Origin: Andalucia godoyi And28
Lineage: Eukaryota; Protista; Jakobida
Assembly (NCBI GenBank): GCA_009859145.1
Contig: VRVR01000007.1
Coordinates: 124,001-188,000, forward strand
DNA: 64,000 bases
Direction of reading: 5' to 3'
Shown piece after piece: positions 52,536 to 62,110 of this stretch. Position 1 is the stretch's first letter, and the number at the start of each line of letters is the position of its first letter. The notes below the pieces were generated by a model, which saw only the letters and a program-made list of their open reading frames with translations, had not been told where the DNA came from and made no database searches. The position numbers and the translations under genes were made by a program.

Positions 52536-52934
52536 ATGTTCATTATTAGCTATGCGGTTGCGCTGATTGCACACATGTTCTTGGGGGCGTACTGGTACTC
52601 CGAGTCTGGATTTGCAAACATGTGGCTTCGGGCGATGCCGATTACGCACGAACGTATCGCACAGATCCACCCGACCAAGGGATCGACGCCGTACGTCCGG
52701 ATGGTAGCGGCTGTAGCGGTGCAGACTCTGATCTTGTCGTTTCTGATTTCGGTCGACAACCTCATTCTGTCATGGTTTGTCGCATTCATTCTGTGGCTCG
52801 GATTCCAGCTGCCGCCCATCATCACGCATGTTGCATTCTCCGAACACAAGGAGGAACTCATTCTCATTGACGGCGGCTACTACCTCGTCGGTCTCTTGCT
52901 CTCCGCAACCATTCTCACTGTGTCTCCCTTTTAA
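52536..52934 (+). CDS. Small four-TM membrane protein, DUF1761-like
   Basis: ALIAHMFLGAYWYS at the N-terminus and LILIDGGYYLVG near the C-terminus. Confidence 0.8.
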   Translation: MFIISYAVALIAHMFLGAYWYSESGFANMWLRAMPITHERIAQIHPTKGSTPYVRMVAAVAVQTLILSFLISVDNLILSWFVAFILWLGFQLPPIITHVAFSEHKEELILIDGGYYLVGLLLSATILTVSPF

Positions 52935-53095
52935 ATTCCAATCCCTCACCGACTGTAAAAAAAAAAGAAAACCCTGCCCACAAAACAATCAACCCAAAAA
53001 AATTCGTGTGAAAATAGAGGCTACTCGCGTGGGACGTGTACAATCTAATCGCACCACAGCTGTGGAACGGAGGTCTCTTTGCGGGTCGCTCTTGG

Positions 53096-53102
53096 TATAA
53101 AA
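53096..53102 (+). promoter_or_regulatory. TATA box candidate upstream of U1 snRNA
   Basis: TATAAAA about 45 nt upstream of ACTTACC, in a region with no downstream plus-strand ORF. Confidence 0.45.
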
Positions 53103-53145
53103 GCAGCAAGCCCCCTCCAAACCTCCCCGTTCTTTTTTCCATTTC

Positions 53146-53287
53146 TCACTTACCTTACGGGTGCAATTGCTCGATCATGCAGGAGCAATTGCCACTCCCG
53201 AGTGCGGTCACGCAGCGGGGTGCGGGCCTACGGGTGCCGACTGTATAATCTTTGGCTGGTGGTCTTTTGCGTTCGCGCAGAGGGCCT
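53146..53287 (+). ncRNA. U1: U1 spliceosomal snRNA (short, divergent)
   Basis: ACTTACCT at 53148. SL I: perfect 10-bp stem 53163-53192 with loop GATCATGCAG. Closing helix TACGG/CTGTA. SL II 53193-53222; SL III 53223-53239 with a TACG loop. Sm-like AATCTTTGG. SL IV 53261-53286: 11 bp with TGCG-TTCG-CGCA. Confidence 0.92.
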
Positions 53288-53551
53288 TTACACAACCTGT
53301 TTTTGTTTTTTTTAAAGATTAAGTTTTCCGTTTTTGTAACGTACGTGATGAACAAACAAACACACACACACACACACACGGCATGTACACAGAATGCCTT
53401 GCATACCTACCACAGACACAGAGCACGAGGCATGCACCACCGTGCACGAAAGCCTGTGCACAATGTACGTGCAGACGACGGAAAGGAAGGAACAGACTTT
53501 ACAGTTTTACACAGGCAAGACATGAAACAGACGGGAAAGTAATGATGTTGA

Positions 53552-56500
53552 TTATAGTTGGGCGTGTGCGGCAGTTTCAGTAGGAGTTGTGGTTCTGCTG
53601 ATCTTCCGGTGTTCTTCATCGTGGCGGAATCCGTCCATCGGCGGCAGTCGCTCTCGAGAAATCGGTCTGGCAGGCATTTGACGTGCAAGCATGTCCTCGA
53701 GCTCTTCGATGCGGTTTCGCATTCTCTGGATTTCCAGGCGTTGCATTTCGATTTCTCGTTCGCGACCTGCGGCATCTGTGGGTGTTCCGGAAGGCCTGGC
53801 AGACGCAGCGACCGACCGCTTGGAGTTTGGTCCAGAGGCAGAGGTTGACGCACGGTTTTGGAACGACGCGTTGGCATTTCCTGCGCCCGACAGCAAATTG
53901 GATTTCATCTCTCGCCGCAGCTCGTTGATTTCCTTAATGAGAGTAACATTCTCGGACATGATTCGCGAGTTCTCTCCCTTGTGGGTCTCCGAGTCCTTTC
54001 CAAGCTTTTTCTTGAGCGAATCCACCGTGCGCTCGAGGTATTCAATCTGCCGTTGGTACTCCCCTTCAATGTTCTCGTCAATCGAGTCCTTTTTCTTGCT
54101 GGCTGCAGCTGCAGAAGACGACGCCGAAGATTCATTGTCATCTCCAGCATACTTGGAGTACAGCTTGCGATACTGATCCTTGAGATTCTTTGGATCTTGC
54201 ACAAACTGCAGCACCTCAAACAAGTCGAAGCGAAGGCGGTTCTTGAATGTGTCCGTATCCTTCAGTTTCTTCTTGTGCTGGTTGTTCTCTTGCTGCAAAG
54301 AATCAATCTTCAGCTTGAGCTCTCCAACCGCAAGTTCCAGCTGAGAATTGGCAGTGTGGTACCGCTCCAGCTCCACATCCATCTCCTTGATCTGCGTCCG
54401 CATCTCTGCGATCTCCTCCTCGCGAGGTTCGATCTGCTTCTTGAGTTCGTTGATTTTGTAATCGAGAACAAACTTGAACTTTTCCAATTCCTGGTTCTTC
54501 TTCTTCAAATCGTAAATTCGCTTTTCCTTGTCTCCGATCGTCTCATCGCGCTCGCGGATCTCGTTCTTGAGAGACTTGATATCCTTCTCCAAAGATTTGA
54601 TCTGCAGATTGAGAGTCTTGACTTCCTCCTTCAGGCGAGTGATTTCCACAACCTTTTGCTGGATTTCGCGCGTCTGCGTATCAAACTTCTTCTTCATCAC
54701 ACCGTGTTCTCCCCGGAGCCGCATGACGGTGTCCTTCTCGGAACTCAGCTTGGCGTCAAACAGCTCTTTGAGGTCCTCAATCTCCTTGTCTGCGTCCTCC
54801 TCGAGTTGCCTCTGCATCTCGTCATTCTCGCGCTTCAAATCTGCTTTTTCCAGCTCCAACGACTCTTGCACGTCCTGCGCATCCTTCAAGCGCTCCTCGT
54901 AATGCTCTCGGATGTCCTGCATCGACTGCTCTGCATTGTGCTGCGCCCGCTGAGCTTCATCAATGAAGTGCTCCTCCATCGCATCCTTTTCTTCTTGCAG
55001 TGCATGTACGCGCTCAACTTCGGCCATGATCTTCTGCTGATACTGCGTTTCCATGGTCGAGACTTGAGCCTGGTACCGGTCCTCCATTTCTCTATATCGC
55101 GTCTCCCACTCCAACTGAAGAGACAAGCGCTCCTGCTCGAGAGATTCATACCGAACATGCTCCTTCTCAACCATGTCTCGGTACGACTCGGTCACCTCCT
55201 TCATCTTTTCGGAATACTCAAACTCCTTCTTTCGTAATTGATACTGATTTTCAAGTTTCAGTTCATCGACCTTGGCTTTCAAGTCCGAGATGGCAGACAG
55301 TTTCTCCTCCAGATCTGTCTTGGTCACCAGAATTTCTTCGGCAAACCCGCTGTCTCCGGACGATCCGCTGAGGCCAGATTTCTTGTCGCTGCGAATCTCG
55401 TACAAGAAAACAGCGCCGTCATCACCAGCCGAAATCAGTATGGACTCATCCGGAGTCACGGCAAGATGAGTCAGCGGCCCCTTGTGCGCCGCAATCTCGT
55501 CTGCGATCGGGACCAACCCAGGAGTCGCAGAAACAGCTATCGGAAGCGCAATCGAACGAAGCGTGCCGGTATCCGTACCGCCGAGAACCGCAACACGAGT
55601 CGCAGTTAATGTACCCAACGGCTCAGAAAGATCGACGGATGCTCGCAAGACCGAGTCGGAAATCACCTTCAGGGTCTTGTCAGAAGCCGATGCGAAGACG
55701 GCCTCAAACGTGCTTCCACTGCCGGTGACAGCGGAAGAATTGTTGCCGGAGGTGCTCGCTGCAGTGTTGTTCGCTGCAAAAGTCACGGCCTGATCCGCAG
55801 TGAGTCCGCAGGAACCAACCGCAAAGTACTGGCAGGTTTTCACAACATTTTCACCATCACGTCGCAAGTCCTTCACGGACCACTCATAAACAGCACCATC
55901 AACACCGCAAGAAAACAGCCTGGAATCGTCCTTTCCCCACACCAGCGACCGGACTTTGCCATTGTGTCCGCGGAGAAATCCGAGTTGCTCAGAAGTGTAT
56001 GTTGAATAGACCTGGATCATATTACCGTTCACCGCAGCAAACATGGATCCTCCATTGGAGAATTTGCACTCTCGACACTGGCGGATGGGAAACTCTTTGA
56101 AAGGACGAATGTCATCCATCAGGACGTTGCACAGCCGAAGCTTATCACGGAAACCGACAAGAAGATGGAAACCGGAAGGGTGCATGGCCACTGAATACGC
56201 TTCATCTTCAAAAAACTTGCAAATCTCGAGACTAAGATCTGCGTAATTCCAGATGCGAACGGACTTGTCCAAAGACGAGGTTGCAAACAAGGGTCTTCGC
56301 ACGCACGTCGCCACGCCCGTAATTTCTCTGGAGTGAAAGCGAAACGAGAACGGCTCGACTTGCACTTCGTCTCCCTTGAATTCCGTCGCGGAAAGGTTCA
56401 GCGAAAATATTTGCCCGTTGTCTGTACCAATCGCAAGCATCTCTTCCTGCGGATTCATCGTCAATGCGCGCACACGAACCACAGAATCAGAAAAGAGAGC

Positions 56501-57511
56501 GGGCTCTCCCTTGTTCTCAATTCGAAGGCGCTTCGTCTTGCGATACATGTCCCCCGAAGAAGACGCGTGCTTTGGATCCCCCTTGCCCCCAGACGGTGCG
56601 GGAGCATCGACTCGTTCAAAAAGTATCAATGAACCGTCATTTCCGCCACAAACGAACCCCTTTCCGTATGCAACTAGCGTTTCAATCGCTATCCCGTCGC
56701 TTGGAGACTGGGGCAGAACAGTCTTGAATTCAAAGTTCTCGCAGAGTAGCAAGTCCCCCGTTTCTGTAGCGAGCAGAACACGATCCTGTGAAAGCCATGT
56801 GTGACACAGGTAGTTCTGCGGTTCTCTCTTTGTCTGCATTCCATTCGAAGCAATAACGAGCGAGCCCTCCTTGAACTTGAACGTTTTGAAGCACTTATCT
56901 CCGGTGGCAAGCAAGGTGCTCGAGTCCCTGGGAGAAAACGAGACTTGGTGGATCGGCTCATCCGCGGTTGTTGAAGACGCATGCGCAAGTAGTCTTGACT
57001 TTTCCCACTGCCAAACCGTCAACTGAAACGATGAACCATTCGTCTGCGCAGCGAGAAACCTCGAATCCGCACTGAACGCAAGGCACGTGTACTGCGTGAA
57101 AGCACCTCCAGTGGGCAATGTGGTTCCGGCGGGGCTCATCACCTTCTTTCTCTTCGGCAGCTGCACATCGTACACCGTAATGACGGGGTCTGCAACAGGT
57201 CCGTTTTCAGACGCAGACGCAGACGCGGACGCATACTCGGCAACCGCCAGGAACTTGCGATTTGGGGAAATTGCAACTGCTGAAATGCCACCGCACGATT
57301 CCAGAATCGGAGAAATAAAAACCTGTGCAGATTGCCCGTGCGCGTGTTCTATAACCACATGACGGCCGACGACATGCACAAGAGTTGCTTCATCGACATA
57401 ATGCACCGTGTTCTTTGCGACAAACGACGCGCCAAACGCATGTTTCAACGTGATCAAACCCGCAGCAGCAGGAACCACCGAGGAAGCAGCAGGCTGGGTA
57501 GCAGTAGACAT
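53552..57511 (-). CDS. CFAP57: Cilia- and flagella-associated protein 57 (WDR65)
   Basis: N-terminal WD40 repeats (LKHAFG, FATSSLDKSVRIWNY, VAMHPSGFHLLVGFRDKLRL) and the long coiled coil with KRIYDLKKKNQELEKFKFVLDYKINELKKQIEPRE. Confidence 0.95.
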   Translation of the reverse strand: MSTATQPAASSVVPAAAGLITLKHAFGASFVAKNTVHYVDEATLVHVVGRHVVIEHAHGQSAQVFISPILESCGGISAVAISPNRKFLAVAEYASASASASENGPVADPVITVYDVQLPKRKKVMSPAGTTLPTGGAFTQYTCLAFSADSRFLAAQTNGSSFQLTVWQWEKSRLLAHASSTTADEPIHQVSFSPRDSSTLLATGDKCFKTFKFKEGSLVIASNGMQTKREPQNYLCHTWLSQDRVLLATETGDLLLCENFEFKTVLPQSPSDGIAIETLVAYGKGFVCGGNDGSLILFERVDAPAPSGGKGDPKHASSSGDMYRKTKRLRIENKGEPALFSDSVVRVRALTMNPQEEMLAIGTDNGQIFSLNLSATEFKGDEVQVEPFSFRFHSREITGVATCVRRPLFATSSLDKSVRIWNYADLSLEICKFFEDEAYSVAMHPSGFHLLVGFRDKLRLCNVLMDDIRPFKEFPIRQCRECKFSNGGSMFAAVNGNMIQVYSTYTSEQLGFLRGHNGKVRSLVWGKDDSRLFSCGVDGAVYEWSVKDLRRDGENVVKTCQYFAVGSCGLTADQAVTFAANNTAASTSGNNSSAVTGSGSTFEAVFASASDKTLKVISDSVLRASVDLSEPLGTLTATRVAVLGGTDTGTLRSIALPIAVSATPGLVPIADEIAAHKGPLTHLAVTPDESILISAGDDGAVFLYEIRSDKKSGLSGSSGDSGFAEEILVTKTDLEEKLSAISDLKAKVDELKLENQYQLRKKEFEYSEKMKEVTESYRDMVEKEHVRYESLEQERLSLQLEWETRYREMEDRYQAQVSTMETQYQQKIMAEVERVHALQEEKDAMEEHFIDEAQRAQHNAEQSMQDIREHYEERLKDAQDVQESLELEKADLKRENDEMQRQLEEDADKEIEDLKELFDAKLSSEKDTVMRLRGEHGVMKKKFDTQTREIQQKVVEITRLKEEVKTLNLQIKSLEKDIKSLKNEIRERDETIGDKEKRIYDLKKKNQELEKFKFVLDYKINELKKQIEPREEEIAEMRTQIKEMDVELERYHTANSQLELAVGELKLKIDSLQQENNQHKKKLKDTDTFKNRLRFDLFEVLQFVQDPKNLKDQYRKLYSKYAGDDNESSASSSAAAASKKKDSIDENIEGEYQRQIEYLERTVDSLKKKLGKDSETHKGENSRIMSENVTLIKEINELRREMKSNLLSGAGNANASFQNRASTSASGPNSKRSVAASARPSGTPTDAAGREREIEMQRLEIQRMRNRIEELEDMLARQMPARPISRERLPPMDGFRHDEEHRKISRTTTPTETAAHAQL

Positions 57512-58128
57512 TCAACCACCTTTCTTCTCTTGCTGATGAGAACTGCTCTTGGGAAACAATATCCTGTGACAACAAAGCAAAAAACAAACCCACCCACAAA
57601 AAAACAAAAAAAAGATGAAAATTGTTTTTTTAAAAAAAATAGACACGCAGTTTTAAGAAAAACAGTGAAACACACAAAAGAAGAGTCAGCACTGGAAGAA
57701 ATAGAAGAAACGACGCAGAGAAACAAAGATGAAGATGATAAAAGATAAAACGTAAAAGACAGTCGATAAGTAATTTAAAAACAACAAGCAGCTCTTTGAA
57801 TTGTATGTGTGATTTATCTTATTCCATCTTTTGGACTTCCCAAGACAGTTCTCCAAACGGCTGACAGCTTTTGTGTTAGCCCTATGGGGGGTGCATTTGA
57901 GGGTAGATTGCGTAGAATCAACTGCTGGCTCTTTTATTTCCCCCCCATTGGAGGCTCTCCCGAGGGACTACGAGCGGCAGGTTTCTTAGCTTCGGGGAAG
58001 GCCTCCGAAGAGCAGTTCTTTATGAATTACAGGCATTATGAGAACAAACATAAAACATACACAGAGCCAGCGATGAACACATGGAGGAGGCGAGGGAGGG
58101 TGTGAGAAAAAGAGCATGAGATTTTCTG

Positions 58129-58428
58129 TTATCCAACAGTCCATTTGAGATTGGATGGCGCTCTTGAATCCGCCGCCGCTTCTTTTCTTCGTTCGTTATC
58201 CTCTATCTTCTTGGACAATCCAACGCCGCTTTTGAGTCCCCGCGTGTCGTTTTCGTTTTTGCGGCGCTCGGCAGCCTCGAGGACCTTGGCGCGTTCCTCG
58301 GCCGACAGCGGCTGGTTGCTGCTGTTCTGTGCAGCGGGCCTTCGACGAGGAGGATGGCTGTGGCCAGGATCGGATGCATCGGACACATACCGACCCTTTT
58401 GTTTGGGCTTTCCGCAGCACCCTCCCAT
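58129..58428 (-). CDS. SVIP: Small VCP/p97-interacting protein
   Basis: MGGCCG acylation signal, EERAKVLEAAERRKNE..RG core and the LKWTVG C-terminus. Confidence 0.85.
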   Translation of the reverse strand: MGGCCGKPKQKGRYVSDASDPGHSHPPRRRPAAQNSSNQPLSAEERAKVLEAAERRKNENDTRGLKSGVGLSKKIEDNERRKEAAADSRAPSNLKWTVG

Positions 58429-58497
58429 GCAGTAACACGCAACGACAATAAAAATAACAACAGCGATGATCACCCTCGCTAGTACTCGTCTCGCCGG

Positions 58498-58524
58498 GTG
58501 TGTGTGTGTGTGTGTGTGTGTGTG
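58498..58524 (+). repeat. (GT)n microsatellite
   Basis: Perfect dinucleotide run; similar runs lie at about 34655-34688 and 53360-53378. Confidence 0.9.
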
Positions 58525-58794
58525 TCAATCTATTTCCTGCTGCCGCAATACGACACTGCACTGGAAAGCGCACCTTAATGCGGATTTGAGGATGTGTGTT
58601 CTCAATTGATGCTAGACTTTGTGTTCGACCACAAATTCATTTTTCCCCCTTTATCTCTCTTCACTGCTTTTGGTTTGGTTTTTGGTTTTGTTTTGAATTA
58701 TGTGCTTGCAGTCTTCGGTTACGTTTTAATGCGCGTCGTTGGGTTTGCGTTTGTTTTTTTGTTTTTTTGTTTTTTGGTGATTTATTTTGTGTGA

Positions 58795-61764
58795 ATGAGT
58801 GACGACTGGGATGTGGAGTTTGAAGATGCAAAGTTCGAGTCTTCAGAGTCCCAGATGAACGGTGGTGAGGAAGCAGTGCACAATGCGGCAGATGACGACG
58901 ATTGGGATGCGTTTGCGTCGGCGGAACAAGGGCTTCGGAATGACGACAGCGTGCCGGAAAAGGCATTGCTGCAGGAGCCGAAGAGTCTTGTTGCGAATTC
59001 TGATACCGATAGCATACAGAATCAGTCGATTGACGTGCTTCGTGTTGCTGAAGTCGTGTCTTCTGTTGAACAACTGCCAATGACGCAGGAACCCTCTCTA
59101 CCTGTTGCCAATGTATCTGAAATCGCTGGAAATGCACGTGATCCTGTAGGCGTTGCAAACGATGTTTTTGACGAGCAACCGTTTGTGTCACCAGATTCGA
59201 AAGAGATTCAAGAGTTTGTCCATGCGTCGATAGAGAATGCCTTTGAGTTCGATTCAGATGCTTTTGATGTTCCACATTCTCAACAAGATTCAGTATCGAT
59301 GCCTGTTCGTCTCGAACAACATCAAGTAGAGGAAGACGAAAACGAAAACGAAGAAGTACCGTTTTCAGAGGATAAGAACCTGTCCGCGGGAGATTCCATT
59401 GTGGTTTCAGAACATGTAATGGCTGCTCCTCAGACCTCATTCGAATCGCAAACTTGGGAATTTACGGAGACTGCTCAAGATGTGTTGCCATTTCAAGAAA
59501 GTACGCGCACTGACGCAGACGGAGAGAACGCTGGGACGGTTCAAGAGACATCATCGACCGCTGTGGAGCATGGTTCCAAAACAGTCGCGGATGCCAGCTT
59601 TGGGGCACTGAGCTTCTCTGCCGATTCTTCGTGGAACCAGAGTTTCGATGTGTCGAGCGTACCTACGAACGGTCAAGAATCGATTTGGAAGGAGCCGATT
59701 AGTAGCATCGACAGCGAGGCAATGACAAGTCAGTCAGGAGGACATGTCGTAGCACGCAAGTTAGAGACTGATAGTGCGTTGATGGTGTCGGAAGCCGTGG
59801 AGCCGGTCATGGAGGATACCTGGAATGCAGAGTTTGACGAAGCTGTATTTGAATCTGCAGAGGATGACACCAGTGTTTCTCGAGATCATGAGCATGCTGT
59901 AGGGCCCTCGGATGCTCGCATCAAGGTCGAAGTAGGCCGTGTTTCAAAGGATCTGATGGAAGAGACGCCGATTGTCTTGGAAAGTGATGTTCCTGTGAAC
60001 ATCGATGAGAAGACGACCTGTGCTCCGCAATTAGATAATCATCGTGCTGATGACGATGGCGAGGATGACAATGACGAATGGGGAAATGACTTTGAGGACA
60101 GTGGGTTCGTTGCGGCTACAGAGTCAGCTGGCGATGACGCGTTTGATGACTTCCAAGAATCAGTTGCTGGAGCGACCACCTTGGACGAGGAGTTCGATAG
60201 TCCGCTTCCTGCGCAGCCGGATTTCTCCGGGAGTCCATCGACCACCAAATCTGCGTCTGTTTCAGAGCAGCAGCATGGAGCCGGTGATGAGGATTCGAAA
60301 CCAAAGTCCCGGCTGCGGGGTGCGTCGCTTCTACGCCCGCCCCCTCCGGCGTCTTCCGCTTTCAAACTGGCCCCGCCTCCAGCAAGCTCTCATAGTTCTC
60401 TCGCTCCCGCAACCACATTGCCGCAAGTTTCTCAATTGTCATCGGATACAATATCCGACGTGGATGTAGAGTCGTTGTGGAATCGGGTTAAGACCGTTGT
60501 CAAAGAAACGTTTGCTGCTGCCGATTTACCCTTTGACGCTGTCAATCCGCCCTCTGAATTCTCACAGGACGAGTTGAAGAAGAAAGCTCTGTTGCTTGTC
60601 GCAGAAGCCGACGCTTTTTTCGAAAGGCTGAAAATGGAAGGCAAGCAGGCAATCGACTCGCTGCCTTCTGAAGAGTCCTTTGCGTCCTACAAGATTCCAA
60701 GGCCGAAACCTAAGCCGTTTTCATACCGAGACTTTATGCACAAAATCGGTCGGCCTGTGCCGCTTTCGACAAAATCCCATCCTTTCACGCCTGCAACGAA
60801 GCAGGTTTCTGGGGCTGCAACTGCGACTCCCACGATTCCCGCTCCAAGTACGTTCGTTTCGAAGCCGTCGGTTGTGCAATCCGCATCAACACTCGTCCCA
60901 GCGCCAGCTCCCCCACCAGCCCAGACCGCTGTCCAGTTGACTGCGTCAGTCTCATCGGCCAGTCCTCAGCCAGCGCCTGCCAAGTCTCCTCGAACGGCGG
61001 CAAATTCACAGCCCCCTGCTCGGACAGCTCCATCTGACAATGGCAGTTCGAAGCCGTCCCCTGGAGGGAAAAAGGCCCAAAAAGCCCCCGATGCACCGTC
61101 CCCAGCAGTCCTGGCGGTGCACAATCCGCCTGCCCCAACTGGACCTGTGGATATTGATCTTGATTTCTTCGGCGTTCCAGCAGCCAAGACAGTCCCCAGT
61201 GCTGCATCATTGACAACATCCGGCCCGGCGTCCGGAGTGTCTGCGAAAGGCACTTCCGCCATTGACTTGTTGTTTGCGGATCCTTCTCCTGTTGCAGTTG
61301 CGAGTGCACCACCACTTGGCTTCGGGTCGCCTCCACAAAGCTTGCTAAAACGAAACACGATGGATTTCACATCATCCTCTTCTCCCCCGAAGACAGATTC
61401 CCATTCCCAGTCTCCCTTTTCCACCGTTTCGCAAAGGCCCGCTTCACTTTCTCCCGAATCATCGTTGCTGAATGCAAACAAGGGCACCGCTCAGTCTCCG
61501 AGCCTTCTCATTTCGCCTATCGCCCCCTCCCCATCCGCGGTGCACTCCCCTGGCAACTTGTCGCAATCGATGGTCAGTCCCTCTTCTGGTGTTTTGATCC
61601 CGGAATCTATGCCCGCACCGGCTCTTCCAGCACCAGCAAAAACGCTGCTGGAAATCATTGGAAATCCTATCACCAATGCAGATGAAATTAACCGGATTGT
61701 TGCCCAGCTTCCTGAGCTGTTGCAAATCATGCTTTGCGATATTCCAGACGTGGGACCTGTATAG
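58795..61764 (+). CDS. Acidic/Pro-rich disordered protein carrying adaptor-binding-like motifs (aftiphilin/gamma-synergin-like)
   Basis: 989-aa ORF with DDWDVEF, DDWDAF, TWNAEF, EWGNDF, AFDDF, DLDFF and DLLF motifs. Confidence 0.7.
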   Translation: MSDDWDVEFEDAKFESSESQMNGGEEAVHNAADDDDWDAFASAEQGLRNDDSVPEKALLQEPKSLVANSDTDSIQNQSIDVLRVAEVVSSVEQLPMTQEPSLPVANVSEIAGNARDPVGVANDVFDEQPFVSPDSKEIQEFVHASIENAFEFDSDAFDVPHSQQDSVSMPVRLEQHQVEEDENENEEVPFSEDKNLSAGDSIVVSEHVMAAPQTSFESQTWEFTETAQDVLPFQESTRTDADGENAGTVQETSSTAVEHGSKTVADASFGALSFSADSSWNQSFDVSSVPTNGQESIWKEPISSIDSEAMTSQSGGHVVARKLETDSALMVSEAVEPVMEDTWNAEFDEAVFESAEDDTSVSRDHEHAVGPSDARIKVEVGRVSKDLMEETPIVLESDVPVNIDEKTTCAPQLDNHRADDDGEDDNDEWGNDFEDSGFVAATESAGDDAFDDFQESVAGATTLDEEFDSPLPAQPDFSGSPSTTKSASVSEQQHGAGDEDSKPKSRLRGASLLRPPPPASSAFKLAPPPASSHSSLAPATTLPQVSQLSSDTISDVDVESLWNRVKTVVKETFAAADLPFDAVNPPSEFSQDELKKKALLLVAEADAFFERLKMEGKQAIDSLPSEESFASYKIPRPKPKPFSYRDFMHKIGRPVPLSTKSHPFTPATKQVSGAATATPTIPAPSTFVSKPSVVQSASTLVPAPAPPPAQTAVQLTASVSSASPQPAPAKSPRTAANSQPPARTAPSDNGSSKPSPGGKKAQKAPDAPSPAVLAVHNPPAPTGPVDIDLDFFGVPAAKTVPSAASLTTSGPASGVSAKGTSAIDLLFADPSPVAVASAPPLGFGSPPQSLLKRNTMDFTSSSSPPKTDSHSQSPFSTVSQRPASLSPESSLLNANKGTAQSPSLLISPIAPSPSAVHSPGNLSQSMVSPSSGVLIPESMPAPALPAPAKTLLEIIGNPITNADEINRIVAQLPELLQIMLCDIPDVGPV

Positions 61765-62110
61765 AAAGAAGGAAGATCGGACGGCGTTCTTCACCGCTTT
61801 TTCTTTTCCTTATCCTTTTTTTTGTATTGTTTTGGTGGAACATTATTTACATCTTTTTTTTTTTCATCTCCCCCCCCACCCCCCAAACTGTCTTCTTGCT
61901 GCTACTCCCAAATCCCCGTGTCATGTATGAAATAGGATATTTCTCTCGCAGCCAATCCCCATCAGCAGAGACCGTGTCGGATTGCAGGACGATGCACGCT
62001 GACCTACTCGCTGCTATCCTGCATGGAAGCAGCCTGCGCATAGTATATATATAGTTCAACTGAAATAAACCAAAGCACAACAACCAGCATATCTTGTTGA
62101 GCCTTGCTCA

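Noticed and set aside
53025-53040. GTCCCAC resembling the plant snRNA USE upstream of U1
   Set aside because: It is in reverse orientation and matches only partially.
57860-58010. RNase MRP RNA on the minus strand (AGTCCCT/AGGGCT P4-like pair, GAGAG loop)
   Set aside because: CR-I lacks GAAAG, the P4 strands are only about 85 nt apart, the P8 stem has only 2 bp and there is no P1. Kept only as a generic structured-RNA candidate.
57860-58015. U4 or SRP RNA identity for the same block
   Set aside because: No K-turn motif or Sm site, and the CAGG...AGCAG spacing is far longer than in SRP helix 8.
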